Assembly (NCBI GenBank): GCA_035298965.1
Contig: DATGXO010000107.1
Coordinates: forward strand, 38,860-102,859
DNA length: 64,000 bases
Reading direction: 5' to 3'
DNA from: Opitutaceae bacterium
GTDB lineage: Bacteria; Verrucomicrobiota; Verrucomicrobiia; Opitutales; Opitutaceae
The notes beneath the pieces were generated by a model. That model was not told where the DNA came from, did not search any database, and was given only the letters and a program-made list of their open reading frames with translations. The position numbers and the translations under genes were made by a program. Every line of letters begins with the position of its first letter. Position 1 is the first letter of the stretch. Of this stretch, positions 17,583 to 27,542 are shown piece by piece.

Positions 17583-18167
17583 TTAGGACGGGAAAGGGAC
17601 GGAGCCGCGGCGGAAGGGGTCGTCGCAACGCACGGTGCCGACGACGCGCGCAGGATTGCCGACGACGATGGCGCGGGCGGGCACATCGCGCGTGACGACG
17701 GCGCCTGCACCGATCACGGCGTGGTCGCCGATCGTCACGCCGCGCAGGACGGTGGCGCGGTTGCCCAACCAGACGTTGCGGCCGATGGCGACGGGCGCGA
17801 CGGCGATCGGCGCGTCGGCATGGACGGGGTGGAAATCGGTGTCGAGCACTGAGACCCACTCGCCAAGCAGGCAGTTTTCGCCGATGCGGACGGATTGTGC
17901 GGCGGCGAGGGCGGCACCGCGGTTGATGAATGTGCCGCGGCCGATCGTGAGCGTGCCGCCGGCGAGCGCGGTGAGGCGCACGGGAAAGAGCCGGCTGTCG
18001 ATGGAAACGTGGTCCGCGATCTTCACCTGCCCGCCGCCGGAGACGACCGGTGCGGCGCCGAGGAGACGCAGACCGCGGCCGGCTTGCACGCCGGCGCGAC
18101 GGCGGAAGCGCCACACGCGGAATGTGGCGGCGAACTGGCGCAGGCGGTGGGAGAACGAGGCGGACAT
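17583..18167 (-). CDS. Hexapeptide-repeat (LbH) sugar O/N-acetyltransferase
   Basis: Repeated [LIV]-G-x4 units: IGENCLLGEWVSV, IGRNVWLGNRATV, IGDHAVIGAGAVV, then VVGNPARV. Confidence 0.75.
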   Translation of the reverse strand: MSASFSHRLRQFAATFRVWRFRRRAGVQAGRGLRLLGAAPVVSGGGQVKIADHVSIDSRLFPVRLTALAGGTLTIGRGTFINRGAALAAAQSVRIGENCLLGEWVSVLDTDFHPVHADAPIAVAPVAIGRNVWLGNRATVLRGVTIGDHAVIGAGAVVTRDVPARAIVVGNPARVVGTVRCDDPFRRGSVPFPS

Positions 18168-18176
18168 TGCGAGGGC

Positions 18177-19589
18177 TCAGTCGGCGGCGGAGTCGTAGAC
18201 GCAGATGATGCGTTCGAGACGTTCGTCGGTCACCCGGATCCAATCGCGCGGTGGACGGCCGAACCAGCTGAGAATCTTGGGTTCATCGATGGGATCCTGC
18301 TGGTGGTAGTGGCACATGCCGGCGGGCCAGCGGTACGGGACCGAGGCGATGACGGTGCGTCCGGTGGCGAGGAGCTTGCGCGCGAAGGCGGCCGGATCGG
18401 AGAGGTGCTCCAGCACCTGGAGACAGAGCACGAGGTCGAAGCGGCGGCCCGGATCATAGACGAAGAAGTCGCCCTGCACGCCGCGCACGCCGGGAATCTC
18501 GGGCTTGAGCGCGATGTCGATCGCGGTCTTGTCGGGGATCCACTCGAGGCGGCGCAGGAAGGCGGTGTTGCGCGGGCCAACCTCGAGGACGGACCCGGCG
18601 GTGGCGGCGTGCTCGGTGGCGAGGCGGCGGACCTCGAGGTAGTAGTTCATCTCGCGCCGATGCTCCCAGTATTCGGAGGAGTCGCGGCGGAGCAGGCGCG
18701 GGAGCACGAGGCGGGCGGCGCGGAGGTTTTCGCGGGAGAAGGGGCGGTGGACGAAGGCGCCGCCGAGGTGGCGGAGAGCGGCGCGGCGCTGGTGGTGCGC
18801 GGAGGCGTAGAGCGCCCATTCGCGCTGGGTCGCGGCGGCGTCGCGCTCGTGGAGGAGCGGGCGGACGGGCGGGGGGACGAACGCCACGCCGCGGCGCGCG
18901 GCGGTGCGGCGCAGGATGCCTTCCTTGAGCTCCCGTTTCTTCGTGCCGTGGGTGAAGTTGGAACTGCCCGGGTGCAAACGGTAACGGAGGAGCGGAGACA
19001 GAAGATTGGCGAGGCGGCCGACTTCGGCGAGGCGCAGGAAGATGTCGAGGTCCTGCGAGTAGGGCAGCTCCTCGTTGTAGCCGCCGACTGCGAGCAGGGC
19101 GTCGCGGCGGAAGACGAGCGTGGGATGGATCATCGCGCCGCCGTTGCCGGTGAGGAGCTCGCGGTCGATGGCCTCGTGGAGGGCGGGCGGATCATAGCGG
19201 TTCACCGGCGCGCCGTGGTCATCGATGCTGTGGACGGAGGTGCCGAGCGCGACGACCGCGGGATGCGACTCCAGATAACGGAGCTGCTGCGTGAGGCGGT
19301 CGGGCTCGGCGAGATCGTCGGCATCCATGCGGGCGACGAAGGGCGCGGTGGCGAGGGCGAGGCCGCGGTTGAGCGAGCGGGTGATGCCGCGGTTCTCCTG
19401 GTCGATGCAGTGGAGGCGCGGATCGGCGGCGGCGAAAGCGCGGCAACGTTCGCCGCTGCCGTCGGTGGAGCCGTCGTTGACGAGGATGAGACGGAAGTCG
19501 GCGAGCGTCTGCCGCTGGAGGCTGCGGACGGCGTCGTCGAGGTAGCGGCCGGCATTGAAGACCGGCATGACGATGTCAACGAGCGGCAT
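18177..19589 (-). CDS. Fusion protein: N-terminal GT2 glycosyltransferase plus C-terminal class-I methyltransferase-like domain
   Basis: N-terminus VDIVMPVFNAGRYLDDAVRSLQRQTLADFRLILVNDGSTDGS...MDADD. C-terminus FDLVLCLQVLEHLSDPAAFARKLL is Methyltransf_11/23-like, but motif I reads VLEVGPRNT instead of GxGxG. Confidence 0.7.
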   Translation of the reverse strand: MPLVDIVMPVFNAGRYLDDAVRSLQRQTLADFRLILVNDGSTDGSGERCRAFAAADPRLHCIDQENRGITRSLNRGLALATAPFVARMDADDLAEPDRLTQQLRYLESHPAVVALGTSVHSIDDHGAPVNRYDPPALHEAIDRELLTGNGGAMIHPTLVFRRDALLAVGGYNEELPYSQDLDIFLRLAEVGRLANLLSPLLRYRLHPGSSNFTHGTKKRELKEGILRRTAARRGVAFVPPPVRPLLHERDAAATQREWALYASAHHQRRAALRHLGGAFVHRPFSRENLRAARLVLPRLLRRDSSEYWEHRREMNYYLEVRRLATEHAATAGSVLEVGPRNTAFLRRLEWIPDKTAIDIALKPEIPGVRGVQGDFFVYDPGRRFDLVLCLQVLEHLSDPAAFARKLLATGRTVIASVPYRWPAGMCHYHQQDPIDEPKILSWFGRPPRDWIRVTDERLERIICVYDSAAD

Positions 19590-20841
19590 GGGCGTGAGGG
19601 CGGCCGGTGATCGCGGCGAGGAGCGGGCCGTAGCAGCGCTCCGGCGAAAAACGGGAGAGCGCGAGGTCGCGGCCCTGTTTGGCGCGGGCGGCGCGGGCGG
19701 CGGGATTGCGGAGGAGCGCGACGATCTGGGCGGCGAAGTCGACGGGGGTGTCGGCGGGCGGGAGCGTTTCCGAGAGGAAGCCGAGGCCTTGGAGACCGGT
19801 CGAGGTGGTGACGACGGCCTTCCCGTGGGAGAGCCCTTCGAGGAGTTTGATCTTCACGCCGCCGCCGTGGTGGAGCGGGACGAGCACGAGCGCGGACGCT
19901 CCGTAATGGACATCCGGCGACTCGATGAAACCGAGGTTCTCGACGCTGGGATCGAGGCCGGTGAGGCCTTCGCCGACGCGGCCGCAGATGCGCAGGCGTG
20001 CGGCGGGGTGGTCGCGCAGCACGCGGGGCCAGACCTCGGCGAGCAGCCAGGCGAGGCCGGCCCGGTTGGAGGGGTTGTGGCTGCCGAGGTAGAGGCAGAG
20101 GTCGGGGTTCTCGGTGCCGGGCGCCTGCTCGGCGGTGACGGCCTTCGGCACGAGGATGATCCGTTCCGGCGGGACGAGCTCGGTGTAGGCGGCGTAGTCG
20201 TCGTCCGAGATGGCGACCACGCGGTCGGCGACGGACAACATGGCGGACTCGGTACGGGCGGTGAGGTAGTCGAGGCTGCCGGGGGCGAGCAGCGCGGCGG
20301 TCGAGCGAGCCTTCTGATGCCAGACGTTGTGGCTGAGCATGATCGTCGTGGCGCCGTTGGCGACGGTGCAGGCGCTGCCGAGCCACGGGTAGTTCACGAG
20401 GAGGGCGTTGGGCCGGAGGCGGCGCACGAGGCGGGCGACGAAGGCGAGCTCGGACTGGTCAAGCGGGCGGTACCAGCGCGGCACTCCGTTGGGGATGCCG
20501 GCGAAGGGCACGATCTCGTTGGGGGAGGCCGGCTCGGGTTGGAGGCGCGAGCCGAGGCGGCGGGCGGTGCGACCACCGAGGGGCAGGCGCTCGGGGAAGA
20601 AGTGCGTGCCCGCAACGTGGACACTGCGGCGGAAGTGCAGACGGCAGACGGAGGCGAGCTCGGCGGGTGTGCGCCAGCGCCAGGAGTTGGCGACTTCCGC
20701 GGGTTGCTCGAGCCAGGCGACGTGGCACCGCACGCCGTGCTCGGTGAGGAAGCCCATCATCTCGTGGAGCAAGGCGCTGGCGCCATCGTCCTGCGGGCGC
20801 GGGCTGTGGCGCGTGACGAAGAGGGCAAGTGGGGCTGCCAT
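19576..20841 (-). CDS. Glycosyltransferase GT-B (GT4-like)
   Basis: ATG 20841: MAAPLALFVTRHSPRPQDDGASALLHEMMGFL... C-terminus GGGVKIKLLEGLSHGKAVVTT is typical of GT4. The track ORF to 21108 is over-extended. Confidence 0.7.
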   Translation of the reverse strand: MAAPLALFVTRHSPRPQDDGASALLHEMMGFLTEHGVRCHVAWLEQPAEVANSWRWRTPAELASVCRLHFRRSVHVAGTHFFPERLPLGGRTARRLGSRLQPEPASPNEIVPFAGIPNGVPRWYRPLDQSELAFVARLVRRLRPNALLVNYPWLGSACTVANGATTIMLSHNVWHQKARSTAALLAPGSLDYLTARTESAMLSVADRVVAISDDDYAAYTELVPPERIILVPKAVTAEQAPGTENPDLCLYLGSHNPSNRAGLAWLLAEVWPRVLRDHPAARLRICGRVGEGLTGLDPSVENLGFIESPDVHYGASALVLVPLHHGGGVKIKLLEGLSHGKAVVTTSTGLQGLGFLSETLPPADTPVDFAAQIVALLRNPAARAARAKQGRDLALSRFSPERCYGPLLAAITGRPHAHAAR

Positions 20842-20863
20842 CGGAGCGGGAGCGCGGCGCGGG

Positions 20864-22111
20864 TCAGGCGGAGCTGATGGCGAAGGCGGGCTCGATGCGG
20901 CAGCCGCCGAACGAGCGGTCGCTCTCGTGGTCGTGCACGCTGGTGACGACCTCCCAGAGGGCGAGGGAGCCGATGCTGTCGTAGTAGTGGCGGCCGGAGC
21001 CGATGGCGGCGCTGATCTGGTAGGCGCCGGGGTGGAGCGGCAGGCGCGGGAGTTCGAGGCGGATGCGGCTGGTGCCGGCGGGCAGGGTGAAGGTGCGGCC
21101 GCCGCCATCCGAATCCAGGGTGAGGATGCGCTGGCCGTCGACGGTGCGGAAGCCCAGGCCGAGCATCATGTTCTCAAGGGTTTCGCGCGCCTCGACGACG
21201 AACTCGATCGCGAAGGGCTGGTTGAAGCGCAGGCCGCCGGGGGAGACGACGGCGACCTCCTTGAAGCGTGCGGTGCGGGCCTCGGCGCCGGGGCTGCGTT
21301 TGGCGGCGGTGAGGTCGAGTGTGAGCGCGGAGGCGCCGGAGCCTTGGGCGTAGTGCTCGATCGCGGTGTCGACATCCATCGGGCCGCTGGAGCGGCCGCC
21401 ATCGAGGAGGACGCAGCGTTTGCAGAGGCGGCGGATGGCCGTCATGTGATGGCTGACAAAGAGGACGGTGCGGCCGGAGCGCTCGGAGACATCGGCCATC
21501 TTGCCGAGGCATTTGCGCTGGAACTGCTGGTCGCCGACGGCGAGGACCTCGTCGACGATGAGGATGTCGGGCTCGAGGTGGGCGGCGACGGCGAAGGCGA
21601 GGCGGACGTACATGCCGCTCGAGTAGCGTTTGACCGGCGTGTCGAGGAAGCGCTCGACCTCGGAGAAGGCGACGATCTCGTCGAACTTCCGGGCGACTTC
21701 GGCGCGGGTCATGCCGAGGATGGCGCCTTTGAGGAAGATGTTGTCGCGGCCGGAGAGCTCGGGGTGGAAACCGGTGCCGACCTCGAGGAGGCTGCCGACG
21801 CGGCCGCGCAGGCGGATCTCGCCGGAGGTGGGCTCGGTGATGCGGGAGAGGACCTTGAGAAGGGTGCTTTTGCCGGCGCCGTTGCGGCCGATGATGCCGA
21901 GGGCTTCGCCGGGCTGGACATCGAAGGAGACGTCGCGGAGCGCCCAGAAGTCGCGTTTGTCCTCGCGAGGTGCGGCGGCGGGTTTGCCGCCGGCGAGCGA
22001 GCGGCACCAGCGGCCGAGACGTTCGACATCATCGCGGAGCGAGGTCATGCCGATGTGGCCGAGTCGGTACTTCTTGGAGACTCCGCGGATTTGGATGATG
22101 GGACGGGACAT
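20864..22111 (-). CDS. wzt: Polysaccharide ABC exporter ATP-binding protein with C-terminal glycan-binding-type domain (Wzt/TagH-like)
   Basis: Walker [10 protein letters not shown], signature YSSGM, Walker B ILIVDE. An extra roughly 160-aa C-terminal beta-rich domain follows, as in Wzt proteins that read a chain terminator. Confidence 0.85.
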   Translation of the reverse strand: MSRPIIQIRGVSKKYRLGHIGMTSLRDDVERLGRWCRSLAGGKPAAAPREDKRDFWALRDVSFDVQPGEALGIIGRNGAGKSTLLKVLSRITEPTSGEIRLRGRVGSLLEVGTGFHPELSGRDNIFLKGAILGMTRAEVARKFDEIVAFSEVERFLDTPVKRYSSGMYVRLAFAVAAHLEPDILIVDEVLAVGDQQFQRKCLGKMADVSERSGRTVLFVSHHMTAIRRLCKRCVLLDGGRSSGPMDVDTAIEHYAQGSGASALTLDLTAAKRSPGAEARTARFKEVAVVSPGGLRFNQPFAIEFVVEARETLENMMLGLGFRTVDGQRILTLDSDGGGRTFTLPAGTSRIRLELPRLPLHPGAYQISAAIGSGRHYYDSIGSLALWEVVTSVHDHESDRSFGGCRIEPAFAISSA

Positions 22112-22121
22112 GCGGGAAAGA

Positions 22122-22150
22122 GGCGAGAGGCTAGAGGGAAGAGGCGAGGG
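22122..22150. repeat. Purine-rich leader motif: exact GGCGAGAGGCTAGAGG at 22122-22137 plus GAAGAGGCGAGGGG
   Basis: Read directly in the 51-nt wzm-wzt spacer. Confidence 0.85.
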
Positions 22151-22162
22151 GACGGAGCGGGC

Positions 22163-23029
22163 TCAGACGGTGTCGACGAAGGTGCGGGCGGCGCGCTGGT
22201 AGGCGAAGATGCCGACGAGGAAGACGAGGATGGAGAGCGCGACGGATTGGGCGTACTGCGTCGCGTCGACGTGGCCGACGCCGAGGAAGAGGCGACGGGT
22301 GGCCTCGACGATCGCGGTCATCGGATTGAGTTGGGAAACCCAGCGCCACTTCTCCGGCACGCGGGAGAGCGGATAGATGATCGGCGTGGCATACATCCAG
22401 AGCTGGATGATGAACGCCTGGATGTGGTGCAGGTCGCGGTATTTTGCGGTGAGCGTCGAGAGGATGAGTCCGATGCCGAGGGCGAGCACGGCCATGTGCA
22501 GGACGATGGCTGGGTACGCGAGCCAGACCAGCGACGGGCCGGCGACGGCGGGGTTGTGCGCGAACCAGTGTTCGCGGACGAAGAACGTGAAGAACGTGAG
22601 CAGCTGGATGCTCAGGGCGATCAGACACGAGACGGCGAGCGCGAACGGCGGGATCAGGCGCGGGAAATAGACCTTCGAAAAGAGCGCGGCGGAGCCGGCG
22701 AGGGAGTTGCCCGTCGCGCCGAGCACGGCGGCGAAGTACGTCCAGCCGAGCATGCCGCAGAGGTAGAAGAGCATCGGCGGGACGCCGTCAGTCGGGACGC
22801 CGATGACCTTGTTGAAGATCAGGGTGAACGTGAAGGTCGTGATGAGCGGGTTCAGGAAGAACCACGCGGGCCCGAGGATCGTCTGCTTGTACTTCGCGGT
22901 GAAGTCGCGGAGCACGAGTTGGCGCAGGAGATCGCGGTATTCGATCAGGCCGCGCCAGTCGAAGACGAACCAGGCGGTCGTGGGCTTGATGACGATCTCG
23001 GTTTCCGAGGACGGTGGCAGTGTGCTCAT
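22163..23029 (-). CDS. wzm: ABC-2 type polysaccharide exporter permease (Wzm-like)
   Basis: ATG 23029: MSTLPPSSETEIVIKPTTAWF...LVLRDFTAKYKQTILGPAWFFLNPL, the ABC-2 signature region, and 6 hydrophobic spans. Confidence 0.85.
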   Translation of the reverse strand: MSTLPPSSETEIVIKPTTAWFVFDWRGLIEYRDLLRQLVLRDFTAKYKQTILGPAWFFLNPLITTFTFTLIFNKVIGVPTDGVPPMLFYLCGMLGWTYFAAVLGATGNSLAGSAALFSKVYFPRLIPPFALAVSCLIALSIQLLTFFTFFVREHWFAHNPAVAGPSLVWLAYPAIVLHMAVLALGIGLILSTLTAKYRDLHHIQAFIIQLWMYATPIIYPLSRVPEKWRWVSQLNPMTAIVEATRRLFLGVGHVDATQYAQSVALSILVFLVGIFAYQRAARTFVDTV

Positions 23030-24615
23030 GCGGAAGGTAGGCGTGGATGGAGGCGGGCGGCGGCGGTGGGCAGCTCGTCGGTATGGGTCGACGTGAAGGC
23101 GGATTCCAGCGATTCGCGTGCCGGGGCGGCACGCACGATCGCGAGGGCGAGAAGGGCGGCGACGGAGGCGAGGCCGAGCACGGCGGGATTGCGTAGGACG
23201 AAATCGATCCAGCCGTGCGCGAGCACGAACGCGGCGCCGGTGGCGAGCAGCGCGGCGGCGGGCACGAAACTCCACGCGCGGCGGAGCGCGGCGAGCCAGA
23301 CCAGCCACGGGGCGGCGAAGAGCGCGGTGCCGACGAAGCCGAACTCGGCGCTGAACTCGACCCAGTCGCCGTCGGCGTGGACGTGCACGGGGCGATTCCA
23401 GTTCGGTTGAAAACGGCGCACGGCTGCGGCGAAGGTGGGCACGCGTTGCTGGTACTCAGGGAAGAGGATCACGTAGCTGCCGGCGCCGTGGCCGAGCCAT
23501 GGGCGGTCGAGCGTCATCTGCCAGGCGATGTCGTGGAGGATGCGCCGATACGAGCCGCCGACGAGAAGATCGCCCGGCTCGCGCGCGAGTTCGGCGACGC
23601 GGTGCAGCGTCGCGCGGACCGGCGGCAGCAGCGCGAGGCCGGCGGCGAAGACGAGCGCCGCGGCTGCGCCGACCGTGAGGAGGCGCGGGCGGGAGAACCA
23701 GCGGTCACGCAACGGCCAGAGCACGAAGGCGGCGGCGGATGCTGCGAGTACCGCGGCGCCGGCGAGGCCGGCGCGGGAGCGGGTCGTGACGGTGCCGAGG
23801 AAGACGAGCGCGACGAGCAGACCACACCAGAGATTGCGTCGGCGCAGGAGCGGCCACGGGCGCAGCGGCGTGGGCGCGAACCAGGCGGCGAGCGCGAGCG
23901 CGAGCAGCACGACCTGATAGGCGGCCTGCTGGTTCTTGTACGGGAACTGCGGCGCGCCGAGGTGGAACGCGGCGTCGGACACCAGCCAGAGCACGGCGTG
24001 CGAACCGGAGAGGTTGTGGGCGAACGCGAACGCGGAGAATGCCGCGGCGTGGAGCGCGAGCAGGCCGAGCACGGCGGAGAGGAAGGGTACGCGGCGGCGC
24101 AGCGCGGCGAAGGCGGCGAGCGGCAGACCGGCGGCGGCGGCGACGAGCAGTTGGCGCCAGGCGTTGGCAAAATCGAGGAAGTCGCCCGGCAGGCGGTCGA
24201 AGGGGCCGGCGATACCGGTCGGCAGCCAGGCGCGATGCGCGAGCGGCACGATCGCGCCGACGGGACGGCGATCCGGAATCAGGAGACGGTCGGGGTTGAT
24301 CGCCTGACAGAGCAGGAGTCCGGCGAAGGCGAGCGCGCAGAACACGACGAAGGGCGAGAAGAGCGGCGCGGCATCCGCGCGCACGGTGCCCGCGCGATCG
24401 CCGTCGCCGGTGGGCCACGCCACGAGCCGGCGACGGGCGGCGAGCCGGGCGAGCACGAACGCGATGCCGCCCACCGCGGCGGCGAGCGTCTGGCCGCCGA
24501 CGGTCGACGCGCCCAGCCACCATGCCGGCGCGATCCACGCCACGGCCAGCGCGCAGAGCACGACGCGCTCCGCGGAGGAGAGCGTGTCGGACGGCGCGTT
24601 GGTGGCGGCGGTCAT
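23026..24615 (-). CDS. Wzy_C-domain membrane protein (O-antigen ligase / O-oligosaccharyltransferase-like)
   Basis: 529 aa, at least 10 hydrophobic spans, TTRSRAGLAG loop motif, GHGAGSY segment. ATGA overlap with wzm. Confidence 0.65.
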   Translation of the reverse strand: MTAATNAPSDTLSSAERVVLCALAVAWIAPAWWLGASTVGGQTLAAAVGGIAFVLARLAARRRLVAWPTGDGDRAGTVRADAAPLFSPFVVFCALAFAGLLLCQAINPDRLLIPDRRPVGAIVPLAHRAWLPTGIAGPFDRLPGDFLDFANAWRQLLVAAAAGLPLAAFAALRRRVPFLSAVLGLLALHAAAFSAFAFAHNLSGSHAVLWLVSDAAFHLGAPQFPYKNQQAAYQVVLLALALAAWFAPTPLRPWPLLRRRNLWCGLLVALVFLGTVTTRSRAGLAGAAVLAASAAAFVLWPLRDRWFSRPRLLTVGAAAALVFAAGLALLPPVRATLHRVAELAREPGDLLVGGSYRRILHDIAWQMTLDRPWLGHGAGSYVILFPEYQQRVPTFAAAVRRFQPNWNRPVHVHADGDWVEFSAEFGFVGTALFAAPWLVWLAALRRAWSFVPAAALLATGAAFVLAHGWIDFVLRNPAVLGLASVAALLALAIVRAAPARESLESAFTSTHTDELPTAAARLHPRLPSA

Positions 24616-24659
24616 GGAGGTTGGTTGTTGCGGGCCAAGTCGGCGACCTGGCCTACAGG

Positions 24660-25940
24660 TCAGAACGTGCAGGAGACGAAGCCGGCGATGACGTGGCGGT
24701 CGTAGTCGAGCAGGTTGTTGTTCGAGCGGGAATTCGTGTAGGTGTAGTCGGCGCCGGCGGCCCAGGTGCGGTTGATCGAGTAGGAGAGATTCAGGCCGGC
24801 GCGGGTGCGCTCATCGTTGCGGCTGGTACTCGGGAAGTCGGCCCATTCCTCGGCGAGGCTGAGCGAGGCGCGGGTGCGTTGTCCGATGCGTTGGGTGACG
24901 CCGAGGCGGAGGGACGAGCTGACGGTCGAAAGGTTGTCGGCGCTGAGGCCCTGCTGGCGGCTGGCGTTGACCGATACGACGGTGCGCTCGCGGGCGTGCC
25001 AGGAGAGGGAGAGATTGCCGACGAGGGTGGCGCGACCGTGGTCGTTGAGGCCGACGGCCTCGCCCTGTTCGTAGCCGATGGAGAACGAGCTTTCGAGCTT
25101 CGGGAAGCGGGTCGGAGGGAGGAACGGTCCGGTGAGGCGGAGGCCGAAGGTCATGCTGCTGTCGTCCTTGTTGCGGTCGAGGGTCTCGTCCTGACCGCGT
25201 TTGAGCCAGCGGTAGCCGACATCGGCAGAGGCGCGGAGGCCGCTGATGAACTTGTAGAAGAGGCCGCTGCTGAGGGAGTGCGACTGTTGGTCGATGGAGC
25301 CGGCGGCGCCGTTGGAGTTGCTCACCGTATCCGTATAGCGGTAGTCGGCGCCGAGGCCGAAGCCGCCGAGGAAGTCGTTGTAATCGAAACCGGCGCCGGC
25401 GTTCCACTGGGTGCGGTCGGTGAAGACGTCGCGGGAGGTCTCGGTGTAGGCGAGGTTGGTGCGGAGATCGACGCGCGGGCCGGCGCGGTAGGTGCCGGAG
25501 AAACGGCCGCCCCAAGTCGTCGCGCGGACGCGGGCGCCGACGGTCTCGTCGACATCGGTCGTGTCGGAATAGTTGGCGGAGAACACGCCCTCCTGGCGCG
25601 CGCCCTCGGGGGTGGGCAGGTCGACGCGGAGGGAGGCGTGGTAGCCTTCGTTATCGAGGTTGGTGAAGTCGGCGTAGCGGTTGATGGAGACGCCGGCGGA
25701 GGCATCGATCGTGCCCAGGCCGGCGGCGCGGCGGTAGGCGAAGGTGGGCGCGAGGGTGTAGATCGTGTCGTCGAGTTCGCTGGAGTTGCCGAGGAGGTTG
25801 GTGTCGTAGGAAATGCGGCCGATCGTGGTGAGCGTGAGGGAGCCGCGGGCGAACTCCGCGAGGGCGTGGGCGGTGGCGGGGAGGACGAGGGTCGCGAGCA
25901 GCGCGGCCGGGAGCAGGGCGGTTTTTGGGGCGGTATTCAT
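24660..25940 (-). CDS. Outer-membrane beta-barrel protein, polysaccharide/PEP-CTERM-locus type
   Basis: Signal peptide (LLATLVLPATAHA), alternating-residue strands rich in Y/G/S/T/N, and a C-terminal aromatic residue (…GFVSCTF). Confidence 0.6.
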   Translation of the reverse strand: MNTAPKTALLPAALLATLVLPATAHALAEFARGSLTLTTIGRISYDTNLLGNSSELDDTIYTLAPTFAYRRAAGLGTIDASAGVSINRYADFTNLDNEGYHASLRVDLPTPEGARQEGVFSANYSDTTDVDETVGARVRATTWGGRFSGTYRAGPRVDLRTNLAYTETSRDVFTDRTQWNAGAGFDYNDFLGGFGLGADYRYTDTVSNSNGAAGSIDQQSHSLSSGLFYKFISGLRASADVGYRWLKRGQDETLDRNKDDSSMTFGLRLTGPFLPPTRFPKLESSFSIGYEQGEAVGLNDHGRATLVGNLSLSWHARERTVVSVNASRQQGLSADNLSTVSSSLRLGVTQRIGQRTRASLSLAEEWADFPSTSRNDERTRAGLNLSYSINRTWAAGADYTYTNSRSNNNLLDYDRHVIAGFVSCTF

Positions 25941-27538
25941 GGTGTAACGCTTTCGAAACGGACGAGCTGGGGAAGGGCCGCGCGCAGGGCGGCGACGGCG
26001 GAGTCGTAATCGTAGACGGCGCCGGAGAGGGTGATGCCGAGCACGCGTTGGCCGAGGTTGCGGTTACCGGCGAGGACGGAGGCGAGGCGTTCGTCGGCGG
26101 CGACCTGGCGGTAGTCGAGATGTTCGCCGCTGACGGAGGGGCGTTCCTCGACGAGGCCGTGGAAGACGTAGAAGCGCTGGCCGGCGCGCTCGAAGATGTA
26201 TGTGCGGAACGGGATCGTGAGCGTGCCGACGGTGAGGGGCAGCACGTCGCGGTTTTCGACGAGCTCGAGGCCGGAGGCGGGGAAGCAGACGGTCGGGTAA
26301 TGCGAGCCGGCGAGAAACTTGGAGACGCGGCCCGGATCCCAGCGCAGGAAGAACGCCTGCCAGCGGATGCCGTCGGCATCGGTCCACGAGCCGCGGGCAC
26401 CGTCGTTGTGCTTGAGGAGCTTGACGGTGCGGTCGTCGAACGGCGTGGACTTGTAGTCGGCGGCGGCGGTGGGCCAGGCGATGTCCCAGCGCAACGGCGC
26501 GGGCAGGCGGCTCTCATGGTAGCCGTACCAGGCGCGCGTGGTGACCTCGCCGGTGAGCAGCCCGACGAGCAGGACGACGAAGGGCGTGATTGCGACGCGC
26601 GGGGTGGCGAGCAACGACGTGCCCGGACCGCCGGCGAGGGCGCGCGGACGGTTGCCGCGGGCGACGAGGGCTGCGAGCGCCCACAGCCCGGCGATGCAGC
26701 CGATCATGACGAAGTTGCCCATCGGATCGTGCCAGCGGTGCAGGGCCTCGGTGCCGTCGCGGCCGGCGACGTAGGTGAGGGTGACGGTGCGGGCGGTGTT
26801 GAGGAGGAAGGCGACGACGAAGCTCGAGAGGACGAGCACGATCCGGCGGACGAAGCGGAGGCGGTAGAATTCGCCGAGGAAGAGCGACATCATGAACGCA
26901 GTCTGGAGCGAGCGGATACCGCTGCACGCCTCCTCGACATCGACGAGCGACTGGCCGATCGCGATGGTGTTGCCTTGCGCGAGCGCGGGGATGCCGCAGA
27001 GGGAGAGGCCTTCGGCGCTGATCTGGGTGTTGAGCTGCATGAGGCCCTGCGTGAAGGCCTCCTCGGCCCAGACCGGCCAGGGCAGCGCGGTGAGCGTGAA
27101 GAACACCGGGAAGGCGAAGTGCCAGGTCCAGCGCCAGCCGCCCCAGGCGGTGAGCACGGCGAAGGTGGAGCCGAGCGCGGCGACGGCCATGAGCCAGTTG
27201 ATGCGCACCCAGTCGGGGTTCGCCTCGTGGATGACGCGCAGCGGCACGAGGGCGAGCGCGACGAGCGTGAGGACGAGGGCGGGGAGCCAGTTCGCGGCGC
27301 GGGCGAGCGGCGCGGCGGCATCGCGGAGGCGTTCGAAGACGAGATAGCCGGCGAGTGCCGGGATGGCCCAGCCGTACGAATACAGCGGGTTGACCCGCCA
27401 CTCGAGGCTCTGTTGCGACCAGACGGCCAGCCAGAGCGCGCCCAGGCCGAGCGCGACGGCGACGAGATCTCCACGGAAGGCCAGCGGGCGACTGGTCGAA
27501 CTGGCCGTGGCGGGCGCGGACGAGGCGGCGGTGGGCAT
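25937..27538 (-). CDS. Exosortase fused to a C-terminal EpsI-family domain
   Basis: ATG 27538. Multi-pass N-terminal half carries the exosortase catalytic motifs EEACSGIRS and LLNTARTVTL. A soluble C-terminal domain of roughly 200 aa has EpsI layout. Confidence 0.8.
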   Translation of the reverse strand: MPTAASSAPATASSTSRPLAFRGDLVAVALGLGALWLAVWSQQSLEWRVNPLYSYGWAIPALAGYLVFERLRDAAAPLARAANWLPALVLTLVALALVPLRVIHEANPDWVRINWLMAVAALGSTFAVLTAWGGWRWTWHFAFPVFFTLTALPWPVWAEEAFTQGLMQLNTQISAEGLSLCGIPALAQGNTIAIGQSLVDVEEACSGIRSLQTAFMMSLFLGEFYRLRFVRRIVLVLSSFVVAFLLNTARTVTLTYVAGRDGTEALHRWHDPMGNFVMIGCIAGLWALAALVARGNRPRALAGGPGTSLLATPRVAITPFVVLLVGLLTGEVTTRAWYGYHESRLPAPLRWDIAWPTAAADYKSTPFDDRTVKLLKHNDGARGSWTDADGIRWQAFFLRWDPGRVSKFLAGSHYPTVCFPASGLELVENRDVLPLTVGTLTIPFRTYIFERAGQRFYVFHGLVEERPSVSGEHLDYRQVAADERLASVLAGNRNLGQRVLGITLSGAVYDYDSAVAALRAALPQLVRFESVTP

Positions 27539-27542
27539 GGGA

